This document shows, piece after piece, positions 29,763 to 39,775 of a DNA stretch of 64,000 nucleotides (the stretch's first letter is position 1; each line of letters begins with the position of its first letter). The notes under the pieces were generated by a model that was given only the letters and a program-made list of their open reading frames with translations, had not been told where the DNA came from and did no database searches. The DNA is taken from assembly GCA_963769605.1 (NCBI GenBank), contig CAVYML010000003.1, forward strand, positions 158,305 to 222,304, written 5' to 3'. A program made the translations under genes and the position numbers. This DNA comes from Ignavibacteriota bacterium. Lineage in GTDB: Bacteria > Bacteroidota > Ignavibacteria > UBA10030.

Positions 29763-29843
29763 AAATTTGTTATGGTAAAGTAAGGAGGAAAAATGAAAAA
29801 TGGTAGGAGATGCATCGACAAAAAGAAAAAAAGCAATATTGTC

Positions 29844-30239
29844 TTACTGCTTTTGGTGCCCCTTTAAATAGCATGTGCCGGTCATTTCGGCTATCGTTTG
29901 TCCATTTTCATCCGTAATATTCACCCGGTAAACGCTTATTTTGCCGGTTTGCGATACCTGTGCTGCCGTTGCTGTGAGTGTTCCCTTAGTGCATGAATGC
30001 AGATAGGAGATAAATGCGTTCAGTGTAACCGCCGGATTGCCGTAGCTGTTTGCCGCCATGGAAAGTGCCAGATCGGCAAGAGTAAAGAGAGCTCCTCCCA
30101 TAACAATGCCGAGGCCGTTCAGGTGATTTTTAGTCACTTCCATGGTGCATACTGCCGCCCCTTCCCGGACTTCATCGACCCTGATGCCGCACTGCCGGGC
30201 AAAATAATCCTTTTTAAATAATTCTTGGATGTTATTCAT
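29844..30239 (-). CDS. hotdog-fold thioesterase (PaaI/YbgC-like)
   Basis: 131 aa. The motif LNGLGIVMGGALFTLADLA is typical of the PaaI family. Confidence 0.7.
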   Translation of the reverse strand: MNNIQELFKKDYFARQCGIRVDEVREGAAVCTMEVTKNHLNGLGIVMGGALFTLADLALSMAANSYGNPAVTLNAFISYLHSCTKGTLTATAAQVSQTGKISVYRVNITDENGQTIAEMTGTCYLKGHQKQ

Positions 30240-30326
30240 GCTGTGTCTCGATCAGAAATGCCTGAATTCTCTGTGGTCTTTTTTTGCTGAAATATTTAAA
30301 ATTTTCAAAAATGAAATTTAAATTCC

Positions 30327-31295
30327 TCATTTCCACGGACAAATGACGGGTTTTGCCCGTTCAGCTTGCTGCGGCCAGAGACGTGCACAAATCGTTTTGC
30401 ATGCATCCGAAGAAAGAAGTGAAAGAGTCAGGTCTTCCAGGCAATCGATGAACTTTGGGTGATCGTTCAATGCCGGCATCAGTTCAAACTGCCGTATTCC
30501 CGCCTTGAGAGCTCTCTCCCGAACATCGATATTGATTTCGTGCAACGTCTCGATATGATCCGTTACGAAAGCAACCGGCACAATAAGAAGGTGCTTGCGC
30601 CTTTCTCGAGCAAGCCGCTGCACCGTTTCAATCAGCGAAGGTCTGAGCCAATGCATCGGCCCGACCTTGCTTTGATAGCAGAGGGTAGACCGAATATTCC
30701 AATCCCCTGATTCCATAACTGCACGTACTGTCTCTTCCACATGGAGCTGATACGGATCTCCCTTTTTGATGTAGCTTTCCGGTACTCCGTGAGCGCTAAA
30801 AACGATATCGATATCTTTCTCAGCAACGCCCGAAATTTTTTTTATCGTCAATGTAATATTATCCGCAAGCGCTTCGATGAACATGGGATGATTCGGATAG
30901 CAGCAAATAAATTTTGTCGGAATGTCAAGGCCGGCAATCTTTGCCTGCCGATTCCATTCATGCAGACTGGAAAGCGTCGTTGCCTGCGAAAAGTGGGGAT
31001 AGAGAGGAATCAGAAGAATTTGTTCGTAACCGCCCGCTTTCACAAGATGTACTGTTTCTTCCGTGAGGGGATGCCAGTATCGCATAGCGATGAATGTTGT
31101 TGTGTCGAGTTCCTGCACGCGAAGTCTTTTCTGTAATGCCTCGGCTTGTTTTTGTGTGAGATCGAGAATCGGAGATTTTCCGCCGATCATGTCATAGTTC
31201 CGCCGTACTTTCATCGACCGCTTCTTTGAAATGAATCTCGCCAGCGGCTTGCGCGCAAGAAACGCGAGAGGGAAATCAATAATGTCCGGATCCAT
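30327..31295 (-). CDS. hemH: ferrochelatase (HemH); 5' end disrupted or atypical (see findings)
   Basis: Core ferrochelatase motifs are present. The conserved N-terminal block LFQLGGPDSPEAVEPFLYNLF is encoded in frame immediately upstream of the called ATG, between 31296 and 31382, with no in-frame ATG/GTG/TTG start. An ATG at 31384-31386 (MKRPKTGA…) is in the +1 frame. Confidence 0.8.
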   Translation of the reverse strand: MDPDIIDFPLAFLARKPLARFISKKRSMKVRRNYDMIGGKSPILDLTQKQAEALQKRLRVQELDTTTFIAMRYWHPLTEETVHLVKAGGYEQILLIPLYPHFSQATTLSSLHEWNRQAKIAGLDIPTKFICCYPNHPMFIEALADNITLTIKKISGVAEKDIDIVFSAHGVPESYIKKGDPYQLHVEETVRAVMESGDWNIRSTLCYQSKVGPMHWLRPSLIETVQRLARERRKHLLIVPVAFVTDHIETLHEINIDVRERALKAGIRQFELMPALNDHPKFIDCLEDLTLSLLSSDACKTICARLWPQQAERAKPVICPWK

Positions 31296-31408
31296 AAAAA
31301 GATTATATAAAAAAGGTTCAACCGCTTCCGGTGAATCCGGTCCGCCTAATTGAAAGAGTACCTGCTCCAGTCTTGGGTCTTTTCATTTTCGATAGGATAC
31401 TTTTAACA

Positions 31409-32455
31409 TCAATTGTCAATTATTTTTTGACTGAGCTCTTTCACTGCCTTCACAAATGCTTTTACATGTTCCACTGGAGTGTCCGGAAAAATACCGTGTC
31501 CGAGATTAAAAATATGACCGGTTCCGTTTCCGAATTTATTGAGAATAACTTCGACCTCTTCGCGGATTTTTTCCGGCAAGGAATAGAGCACATGAGGATT
31601 CATGTTTCCTTGAAGCGCAACGGAATGACCGATCTTTCTTCGGGCTTCTCCGATGTCGACCGTCCAATCCAGACCCACGACCTCACAGCCGGTTTGAGCA
31701 ATGGCTTCCAGTGAATGGCCGCAGTCCTTGCAAAAAACGATTGCCGGCACGCCGGCATGATGCAGACCGGCGAGTGTTTGTTCAATATATTGAAGCGAAA
31801 ATTCTTTAAAATTCTCAGGCAGCAGCAAGCCGCCCCATGTATCGAAGATTTGAATCGCTTGTGCTCCGGCTTCGATCTGCGCATTGAGATATGCAGCAAC
31901 GGATGCTGTTATTTTTTCTAAGAGAGCGTGAGCGTCGGTCGGACGTTTGACAATAAGCTCTTTTAAAATATCGAAATTTTTCGATCCGAAACCTTCCACC
32001 ATGTACGCAGCAAGAGTCCACGGTGATCCGGCGAATCCGATAAGCGGAACCCTGCCGTTCAGATTTTTACGGGTTAATCGGAGAGCGTCCATGACAAATC
32101 GCAGTTCTTGATTCGGATCGGGGATACGGAGATTATCGATATCCGCGCGGGAACGGATGGGACGCTCGAAACGCGGGCCGCCTTTGCCTTCTTCTACAAA
32201 GAGCTTCATGCCCATGGCTTCCGGTACGACGAGAATATCCGAAAAAATTATACATGCATCGACGTCGAGGATATCCACAGGCTGAATGGAAACTTCGCAG
32301 GCAAGTTCCGGTGTTTTACATAATGTAAGAAAATCGGTCCCTGCACGAAGCGCACGGTACTCCGGCAGGTATCGCCCCGCCTGGCGCATGATCCATACCG
32401 GCGTTCGTTCAACCGGCTTCCGAAAACATGATCTGAGGAATAAATCGTTGATCAT
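31409..32455 (-). CDS. hemE: uroporphyrinogen decarboxylase
   Basis: The N-terminus MINDLFLRSCFRKPVERTPVWIMRQAGRYLPEY matches the UroD signature. Confidence 0.9.
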   Translation of the reverse strand: MINDLFLRSCFRKPVERTPVWIMRQAGRYLPEYRALRAGTDFLTLCKTPELACEVSIQPVDILDVDACIIFSDILVVPEAMGMKLFVEEGKGGPRFERPIRSRADIDNLRIPDPNQELRFVMDALRLTRKNLNGRVPLIGFAGSPWTLAAYMVEGFGSKNFDILKELIVKRPTDAHALLEKITASVAAYLNAQIEAGAQAIQIFDTWGGLLLPENFKEFSLQYIEQTLAGLHHAGVPAIVFCKDCGHSLEAIAQTGCEVVGLDWTVDIGEARRKIGHSVALQGNMNPHVLYSLPEKIREEVEVILNKFGNGTGHIFNLGHGIFPDTPVEHVKAFVKAVKELSQKIIDN

Positions 32456-32515
32456 ACCGAACTATTTGCGATTGAGTGATTTTCGAATGAAGATTTTTTC
32501 ACTCCACAGCTCTGT

Positions 32516-33337
32516 CTATTGAATTTTAATTTCTGAATTTTGAATTTTCCATTTTTCTATTCCGTCCGCCAGACTTTCCGCTGTTGCATGTTCGGCCATA
32601 ATCGTTACAGGAAGTCCCGATTGGACGACGGTTTCGGCAGTTGTGGGCCCGATAACGGCAATTGCCGTCCTTTTCAGGTTGTCGGTGCCGAACAGCTCTA
32701 TAAAATTATGAACGCCGGACGGACTGAAAAAAGTTGCAACGTCAATTGCCCGATTATCACTTTGCATGGACGTCATGGCGGCTGAACCTGCCGGAGGTGC
32801 GATGGTTTTGTAAACAACAATAGTATCAATCGAATAACCATTTTGCGCAAGGCTGCTGGAAAGAATATCGCGGCCGATATCGCTCGTGGGAAATAATATC
32901 TTCGCTTTCGGCACAATCTTTTCAGCGATCCTCCGGGCAAGCTGTTCCGCCGTTGTGTCGTGCGCAACGGTATAAACTGTAAATCCGCATGACCGGAGAG
33001 CGCATGCCGTCTTTTCTCCGACGGCGAATATTTCCTTAGTAGAAAGCGTTTCAAGAGCAAGGGGACGAATCGAACGAACGCGGCCCATAAATTTTGCAAC
33101 GCCATTCTTGCTGGTAAAACAAAGTGCATCATACGAAGCGAGCTTCCAGATTGCCTCATCGCATGCCTGCCATGAATCCGGATCCGCAATTTCGATTGCA
33201 GGGCAGCAGACAACGTGAGCGCCCCGGTTCTCTAAAAGCACACGAAAAGGAGCGCTTTGCTCGGCAGCACGCGTGACAAGAATTGTGCAGCCTTGTAAGC
33301 TGAGTTCATTTGTTCCTGTTTGTTTGTTGTATGTCAT
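32516..33337 (-). CDS. hemD: uroporphyrinogen-III synthase
   Basis: 273 aa with HemD-like ILVTR…LLENRGAHVV and internal duplicated half-domains. Its position between hemC and hemE supports the call. Confidence 0.75.
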   Translation of the reverse strand: MTYNKQTGTNELSLQGCTILVTRAAEQSAPFRVLLENRGAHVVCCPAIEIADPDSWQACDEAIWKLASYDALCFTSKNGVAKFMGRVRSIRPLALETLSTKEIFAVGEKTACALRSCGFTVYTVAHDTTAEQLARRIAEKIVPKAKILFPTSDIGRDILSSSLAQNGYSIDTIVVYKTIAPPAGSAAMTSMQSDNRAIDVATFFSPSGVHNFIELFGTDNLKRTAIAVIGPTTAETVVQSGLPVTIMAEHATAESLADGIEKWKIQNSEIKIQ

Positions 33338-33364
33338 AAAAGCCCTCTTTCAAATATTCGTTGT

Positions 33365-34303
33365 TTACTTAGAATGCCGGATATCTTCAAGAATTTCCCT
33401 TGCTCCCTGTTGCAGCAGTTCTTTTGCAAGCTCGATGCCTATCTGTTCCGCGTCAGCCGGCGCTCCGGTTTTAAATGCGCGAATAATTTTTCTTCCGTCT
33501 AAGCTCCCGACAACGGCATCCAGATGAAGCATTTCTCCAAGAATCGTTGCCAGTGCGCCTATCGGAATTTGACATCCTCCTTCAAGTTCACGCAAGAGCG
33601 CTCGTTCTGCCGTCACCGCGCGTTCCGTCGGCAGATGCTGAAGCGCGCCTATGATGCCGATAACGGGATCGTCGTCGGATCGGGTTTCGACTGCAAGTGC
33701 GCCTTGTCCGACCGCAGGCAGCATGAGATTAAACGGAAGAATGTCGGAAATGCGGGCTGACCATCCAAGCCGCGTGACTCCGGCTTTTGCGAGTATCATT
33801 CCGTTCCATTGTGATTCGTCGAATTTCTTGATGCGCGTATTCAAATTGCCGCGAATGTCAACAATGTTCAAATCCGGCCGGGCGCCGAGCAGTTGGCATT
33901 TACGGCGCAAGCTGCCTGTTGCAACCGTTGCATGGATGGGAAGGGATGCAAACCGGGTTCCGCTGTTCTTTGGATGTGCAAGAAAAACGTCATGAACATC
34001 GTCCCGTTCCAATATTGCGGCAAGCATCAGCCCGGATGGTATGAACGTAGGAACATCTTTAAGGCTGTGGACAGCAAGATCGACACGCCTCTGCAGGAGT
34101 GCGTGTTCAAGCTCCTTGGTAAACAATCCTTTATCGCCGATTTTGGCGAGAGGCGTGTCTAAAATTTTATCTCCGCTTGTTTTAATAATTTCAATATCGG
34201 CGGAAATTTCGGGAAAGGAATGTTTTAAAAGCGCCTTTATATGATTGGCTTGCCAAAGGGCCAGTTCGCTGCCGCGTGTCCCGATACGCAGTTTAGTTAT
34301 CAT
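33365..34303 (-). CDS. hemC: hydroxymethylbilane synthase (porphobilinogen deaminase)
   Basis: The N-terminus LRIGTRGSELALWQANHIKALL is the HemC signature. Confidence 0.9.
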   Translation of the reverse strand: MITKLRIGTRGSELALWQANHIKALLKHSFPEISADIEIIKTSGDKILDTPLAKIGDKGLFTKELEHALLQRRVDLAVHSLKDVPTFIPSGLMLAAILERDDVHDVFLAHPKNSGTRFASLPIHATVATGSLRRKCQLLGARPDLNIVDIRGNLNTRIKKFDESQWNGMILAKAGVTRLGWSARISDILPFNLMLPAVGQGALAVETRSDDDPVIGIIGALQHLPTERAVTAERALLRELEGGCQIPIGALATILGEMLHLDAVVGSLDGRKIIRAFKTGAPADAEQIGIELAKELLQQGAREILEDIRHSK

Positions 34304-35579
34304 TCGGGTCCTCTTGAGAGGGGTGAATCAGTCCGAAAAGTTTTTGAAGCGCATCCATTTTTTGCAGGCGTCCTGAAAGCGATTGTCCGCCGCCGTTTTT
34401 TAAATTCGCTATGGGCGTATGTATGATTTTATTGACAATTCTTTTCGTTACAAGTTCGACCAATTCACGGTCTTTTGGTTCAAAGCGATTGATGTTCTTT
34501 GCCACTTCTTCCTGGCGCACTGTTTCCATGAATTGAGAAAGCGCCGTAATGGTCGGATTTACTTCGAGCGATGAATACCACTGTGTCATTTCGGTCAGAA
34601 CGGTATCGATAATCGATTCGACTTTCGGCACTTCCGCTTTTCTCCGTCCGAGGTTTTCATCGACCATGACATTGAGTGCATCGAGGTCGTAGAGAAAAAC
34701 GTTTTCCATTTCTTTCACAGCCGGGTCGATATTCCGGGGAACGCCGAGGTCGATGACAAACATAGGCCCGTACCGGCGGCTCCGTTTCAATTTTTCGATA
34801 TCTAAAGGTTGAAGAATAAATCGTCCGGCGTCGACAGAAGAAATAACGATATCCGCCTCCGCCAGCGCGTCGCACCATTGATCAAACGGCACAGCCGTTC
34901 CCTGAACTTTTACTGCGAGCCGCTCGGCGCGTTCCAGCGTTCGGTTCGTAATAAGCAGTTTCCCGATTTCTTTTCCGCGCAGATGGGTTGCCGTTAATTC
35001 AGCCGTTTCGCCTGCGCCGATGACGAGTGCAGTTTTTTTCTGCAGGTCCTCGAAAATTTTCTGTGCCAGCTCCACCGCTGCATAGCTGACGGAGACCGCA
35101 CCTTCCCCGATGACGGTTTCTGCACGTGCGCGTTTTCCAACTCGGAATGCAAGCTGAAAGAGACGGTTCATAAAAATTCCGGCTGTGCCTTGTTCCGCAG
35201 CGCTGTTGAATCCGCTTTTGACCTGCATGAGAATTTGCACGTCTCCCAAAACCATCGAATCAATTCCCGATGCGACACGGAACAAATGCCGCGCGGCATC
35301 GCCGGCTTTCAATGAAAACATATCGCCGGTGTGCACAAGATCAGCCGCTTTTTTCTGCACAATAAGGAAATTCTTAAGCGATTCAGGAGGAATGCTTCCG
35401 TCCTCTGCAAGAACGTAGAGTTCCGTCCGGTTGCAGGTCGAGAACAGAACTGCTTCGCTGCATCCGAACTCTTTTGAATGTGCCAAAGCATGGCGCACTT
35501 CGTCGTCCGAAAACCAAAGTTTTTCGCGCACATCTAACGGCGCTGAATTGTGCGATATACCGACACAGAAAAGATTCAT
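34293..35579 (-). CDS. hemA: glutamyl-tRNA reductase
   Basis: The N-terminus MNLFCVGISHNSAPLDVREKL, the active-site motif TCNRTELY and the NADPH-binding motif LVIGAGETAE are all present. Confidence 0.9.
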   Translation of the reverse strand: MNLFCVGISHNSAPLDVREKLWFSDDEVRHALAHSKEFGCSEAVLFSTCNRTELYVLAEDGSIPPESLKNFLIVQKKAADLVHTGDMFSLKAGDAARHLFRVASGIDSMVLGDVQILMQVKSGFNSAAEQGTAGIFMNRLFQLAFRVGKRARAETVIGEGAVSVSYAAVELAQKIFEDLQKKTALVIGAGETAELTATHLRGKEIGKLLITNRTLERAERLAVKVQGTAVPFDQWCDALAEADIVISSVDAGRFILQPLDIEKLKRSRRYGPMFVIDLGVPRNIDPAVKEMENVFLYDLDALNVMVDENLGRRKAEVPKVESIIDTVLTEMTQWYSSLEVNPTITALSQFMETVRQEEVAKNINRFEPKDRELVELVTKRIVNKIIHTPIANLKNGGGQSLSGRLQKMDALQKLFGLIHPSQEDPNDN

Positions 35580-35598
35580 ACGGTTCGCCCCGGGCGAA

Positions 35599-36426
35599 TT
35601 AATAAAACTTATGGAATCCGCTGAAAAAGATGTTAACTACGGTCATCGAGAAAATGGCGACAACAAATCCGAGAATAGCTACGATCATCATTTTCCGTCC
35701 CTTAAAATTTCGTACTGCCGGAGCAACGGCCAAAAAGCCGTAGAGAATCCATATGATGACGGTGCCGATTAATTTCGGATCGTAGGAATATATGTTTGCA
35801 TATACGTGGTGAAGCCAGATAATTCCGAATGTTATTGCGCATCCGAGAATGACGAATGCAAGACGGATAGCGGTGACTGCCATGCGTTCGATGGTTTCCA
35901 GTGTAGGGAGTTTTTTGTAAATAACACCGAAACGCGTTGCCTTCATCTCGTGATACAGCATAAGGTAGAGGAAGCCGTATGAGCCTGCAATTGTGACAGC
36001 CGCATAGCCGAGTAAAGCCGCGGTGACGTGAAGACCGAAGAAAAGACTGCGCAAAATTTCAGGAACCTGCGGGGAGTCTTTGATAAAAAGAGACGATGCG
36101 AGTTGAAAAAAAAACGCGATATTTAAAATAAAATAACCGGTTTCCGCATGCTGCGCGCGCAGTTCGATCACCAGATAGGTTAATGCGACAGAGAAGGCGA
36201 GGACGGAAAAAATCTCAAAGAGATTGGTGACCGGCGGATGTGAAAAGGCAACCGCACGGAGAAGCAGGTATGTTAGATGGAGCGCGATGATAAAGGCGAG
36301 GAGCGGCGTTTTAATTCTTTGTGCCCACTTAATGTCGGAAAAAAACGCTCTCCCGTACGTTCCGACAAGAAGAAAATAAAACACCGGTAAAAGAATCTTC
36401 AGGATATCAATGATAAATGCCGTCAC
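35599..36426 (-). CDS. polytopic membrane protein, HemX/CcsA-family-like (cytochrome c assembly protein family)
   Basis: 275 aa with about 8 transmembrane helices, placed immediately upstream of hemA as hemX is in Bacillus. No WWD motif was seen, so family assignment is tentative. Confidence 0.4.
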   Translation of the reverse strand: MTAFIIDILKILLPVFYFLLVGTYGRAFFSDIKWAQRIKTPLLAFIIALHLTYLLLRAVAFSHPPVTNLFEIFSVLAFSVALTYLVIELRAQHAETGYFILNIAFFFQLASSLFIKDSPQVPEILRSLFFGLHVTAALLGYAAVTIAGSYGFLYLMLYHEMKATRFGVIYKKLPTLETIERMAVTAIRLAFVILGCAITFGIIWLHHVYANIYSYDPKLIGTVIIWILYGFLAVAPAVRNFKGRKMMIVAILGFVVAIFSMTVVNIFFSGFHKFY

Positions 36427-36515
36427 ATCAAAAAAGTAGCGAAAATGGCGGGAAAATACAAGTGGTGAGAAAAGAACAAATACTTAATGAATTTCGAAAA
36501 AACGCAAGAACTTTT

Positions 36516-37529
36516 CTATTCTTCTTTCATCCATTCCCGAACAAAAAGCCCGGTTGGAGTCATGTTTTCCCACCGGCAGTTTGCACAGCTTTCCGGCTGT
36601 AAGCTTGCGGATGTTTCCTTTTTATCGACATAGCTGTAATTGCACCAACTGATCCGCACGGTATCGTTGTAAATGGCGTGCATTCTCAGAGCTTCCATAA
36701 ATTTTTCAGCGGTGGGAAAATTGACTACTCCGTTTCCCGAACTTTCGCACGGACCCCATTCCGTTACGAACACGGGAATCCGATGTATGTGCTCGAAAAA
36801 GATCGGAAAAAGATAGCTGTGTGTTGCTGCATAGAAGTGGAATGTATACATCACATTTTTCCGGTCGACTAATTTGGAAGGATCGACCTGATTGAGGTTC
36901 TGACACCAATTAGGTGTGCCGACCAAAATAACCGCATCCGGTGCATTTTTATGAATAATCGGTATGATGCGGTTCGCATAAAATGCAATAGTGTCCCAGC
37001 CAATGCCGCTGCCGCTCGGCTCGTTGCAAATTTCATACAGGACATGCTTTTTCGATGCATACTTCTTAGACATCTCGTCAAAGAACGGAGCGGCGCCTGA
37101 ATATTCCTTGTCATTGGGATTTCCGATTCGCAAAATGTGCCAATCGATGATGCAGTATATTCCCAGCTTTTCGCTCCAGCAGACTACGCTGTCGATGATC
37201 GCTTTGTTGAACTGTGGATCGAGATTATAGTCCCGTTTGTTGCCGTAATCGGCAACGTACAACGCCGCTCTCACCACTGTGCCTCCCCAAAAATCGCGGA
37301 TTGATTTCAGCGCATCGTATGTAATGCATTGAGGATAGTGCATAATGCCGGATGTGCTGAAACCCTTTAGCTGCACAGGTTTCCCGGATTCGCCGCACAA
37401 TTGTATTCCTTTCACCTGCAATGCCCCGTTCTTTTGAACGAACGATTGGGAGAATGCCGGTATGGCGCAGCAAAGAAATAGATAAGTGATAAGATACTGT
37501 TTCATAAATCTTTTTTGCAAATATTTCAT
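36516..37529 (-). CDS. glycoside hydrolase family 5 endoglucanase (cellulase)
   Basis: A signal peptide and GH5 motifs are present, including the catalytic NEP (ICNEPSG) and a W/H-rich beta/alpha-barrel. The start is placed at the internal Met (MKYLQKRF…) to avoid a 170 bp overlap with the upstream gene. Confidence 0.75.
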   Translation of the reverse strand: MKYLQKRFMKQYLITYLFLCCAIPAFSQSFVQKNGALQVKGIQLCGESGKPVQLKGFSTSGIMHYPQCITYDALKSIRDFWGGTVVRAALYVADYGNKRDYNLDPQFNKAIIDSVVCWSEKLGIYCIIDWHILRIGNPNDKEYSGAAPFFDEMSKKYASKKHVLYEICNEPSGSGIGWDTIAFYANRIIPIIHKNAPDAVILVGTPNWCQNLNQVDPSKLVDRKNVMYTFHFYAATHSYLFPIFFEHIHRIPVFVTEWGPCESSGNGVVNFPTAEKFMEALRMHAIYNDTVRISWCNYSYVDKKETSASLQPESCANCRWENMTPTGLFVREWMKEE

Positions 37530-37560
37530 GGTTTCAAAAGCCGTACCGGACAAGCCGGAA

Positions 37561-38889
37561 TCAATATGGAAAAAGCTCGACCGATTTATAATAAACTTCT
37601 GCGCCTTCCGACTGGAGCAAAATTTTTCCTTTTGTGACGGAAGTTTTCGTGCCGGTGTTGACAAGGTGTCCGTTGACATAATGCTCCGTATGTTCGCCGT
37701 TGCATAGTATCTCCATGGTGTTCCATTCACCTGTCGGATTTTCGAAATTTTCCGTGCGGAAAATACGTTTCATACCCCATTCAATATCGGATTTATTGGG
37801 AGACTCGACCATCGTCCCCACGCACCATGTATCGCCGCAATCGCTTTCCTGAACCTGGCACTCGATCGATTTGGGCCAGAGCGTGTCTTTTTCTCCGTTT
37901 TCGAAGTAATATAAAATGCCGCTGTCGCGTTTGCCTTTTTCCCGCGGTGGGTATTGTTTTTCACCCCATTTGAAAACCACCCTGAGATAAAAATGGTCGA
38001 AAGATTTTTCCGTACAGAGATATCCGAATCGTTTTCCTTCGATGTGAAGAATGCCGTTGCGGAAGGAAAAAATTTTATCCGGATCGTTCCTTGTACCGAG
38101 AGTATCGAGATATGTATACCATCCCTTAAAATTGCTGCCTGCCAAGAGTTCTTCTTTATTGATTTCTCTGATCCAGATATTCCGGAAGGAAACGGGATTG
38201 CCGTGTTCCTGCAGAAGCAAGGGCTGCTGAAAAGCATGGTATGTGTATTTAGGCTGTCCAATATAAACCGTAGCTCCTTTAATTTCTGTATGATTCTGTA
38301 TCAGGACGCCGTTCTGGAGAACGGTCACATACGCCGGAGTTCGCACTGTGCTGTCCGGATTAAAACGCGGCGCTGTGTAGATGATATCGTATCTTTGCCA
38401 TTCGCCCGGTTTCCGCGATGCATTGACGAGTGGAATGCTCTGCTTATAAATGGAGCCGGCCTGACCGTTGGAATAGGTCGGATTGTTGTAGCTGTCCAGG
38501 ACCTGAATTTCATAGCGGCTCTGAAGATATACGCCGCTGTTGCCGCGTCCCTGTCCATCGCCGGTGACGACAGACGGAGAGCGCCACTCGACATGCAATT
38601 GGCAGTCTGAAAATCGTTTAATTGTTTGTATCGATCCGCTTCCGGGTTTAACGGAGAGTATTCCATCGGCTACATCCCAGCCTGCGGGACTTCCGTTCTC
38701 GGCTGTCCATCCGTCGAGATTTTTACCGTTAAAAAGAATGATTGCATCGACCGGCGGCTGAGTACCGTTTCCCGGAGTTACGACTGGCGGAACGGGATCC
38801 CAGACTTCAGTTAATTTGGGATCGTCCTGAGCAAATATATTCCATGAGCCAAGAAGGCAAAGAAAGAGGATGAATTTTTGTGTTTTCAT
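37561..38889 (-). CDS. DUF1080 (3-keto-disaccharide hydrolase-like, LamG-fold) tandem-domain secreted protein
   Basis: A signal peptide is followed by two tandem ~200 aa repeats with DUF1080 hallmarks (GW..…NSG.YL…E.Q.LD…EW…). Confidence 0.65.
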   Translation of the reverse strand: MKTQKFILFLCLLGSWNIFAQDDPKLTEVWDPVPPVVTPGNGTQPPVDAIILFNGKNLDGWTAENGSPAGWDVADGILSVKPGSGSIQTIKRFSDCQLHVEWRSPSVVTGDGQGRGNSGVYLQSRYEIQVLDSYNNPTYSNGQAGSIYKQSIPLVNASRKPGEWQRYDIIYTAPRFNPDSTVRTPAYVTVLQNGVLIQNHTEIKGATVYIGQPKYTYHAFQQPLLLQEHGNPVSFRNIWIREINKEELLAGSNFKGWYTYLDTLGTRNDPDKIFSFRNGILHIEGKRFGYLCTEKSFDHFYLRVVFKWGEKQYPPREKGKRDSGILYYFENGEKDTLWPKSIECQVQESDCGDTWCVGTMVESPNKSDIEWGMKRIFRTENFENPTGEWNTMEILCNGEHTEHYVNGHLVNTGTKTSVTKGKILLQSEGAEVYYKSVELFPY

Positions 38890-39003
38890 AATCGATCCTG
38901 TTATTTTTTTATATCCGGTGAATTCCGGGTTTCAGAGCTGCATCGAGAATTCTGTGAAGGATGTCCGGATACTGTATCTAAAAATTGTCGATGCCGGTAC
39001 GAA

Positions 39004-39372
39004 TTAATTTCTAAAAATAAAATATACGGCAAGAACAAGAAAAAGGAAACCGACGGCATGATTCCAGCGCAAGGTTTCATTTTTAAAAACCAGAATCGTG
39101 AATCCCGTAAAGACGAGCAATGTAATAACCTCCTGAAGAACCTTAAGCTGAACTAAAGAAAACGGTCCTCCGTAATTTTTAAATCCGATTCTGTTTGCCG
39201 GTACCTGAAAACAATATTCGAAAAAGGCGATTCCCCAGCTAATAAAAATGATGGAGACGATGCCCAATTTATTGAACCATTTCATCTCGCCGAACTTCAG
39301 ATGGCCGTACCATGCCAGAGTCATAAATGTGTTGGAAATAGCAAGAAATCCTATGGTTATCATTTCTCTCAT
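39004..39372 (-). CDS. small integral membrane protein (DMT-superfamily-like, DUF486-type)
   Basis: 122 aa with four hydrophobic helices. Confidence 0.45.
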   Translation of the reverse strand: MREMITIGFLAISNTFMTLAWYGHLKFGEMKWFNKLGIVSIIFISWGIAFFEYCFQVPANRIGFKNYGGPFSLVQLKVLQEVITLLVFTGFTILVFKNETLRWNHAVGFLFLVLAVYFIFRN

Positions 39373-39698
39373 ACTGTTTCTACCCTTCGGTTTCGTGTAT
39401 CACCGTACAATGCGCATGGAATACAGGGAATCACTTACATGCCGGAAATGCTGTAATAATTGTACGTATCTTCGCAAGGAAATGCAACCCGCCGTAAGAG
39501 ATCTGCATGGATCAATCTTTTACACATGAAAAAGCGCAGCATTAAGTATTCCATCGGCTCTATACATGCCGATTCATCCTTTGAGGTGATAATGTTATTC
39601 TCCGTACCGATAGAAGTCTTTGTTTTTTCACTATAGAAACAAGCGAATTTTGATTATTATGGAACATTAATTTTGCACGGAGTGTTAGCTTTTCATAA

Positions 39699-39706
39699 GA
39701 AATAGT
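39699..39706. repeat. 8 bp target-site duplication GAAATAGT (left)
   Basis: Identical octamer abuts the right terminal inverted repeat at 43246-43253. Confidence 0.8.
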
Positions 39707-39775
39707 GGTAGTGTCTCAGTTTGAAATTAGGAAAAATAACATTATCATTAAATAAAGATTTATAAGGGTAATGTT

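Noticed and set aside
37954-38610. 218 aa + strand ORF
   Set aside because: It is antisense to the DUF1080 gene and has no domain support.
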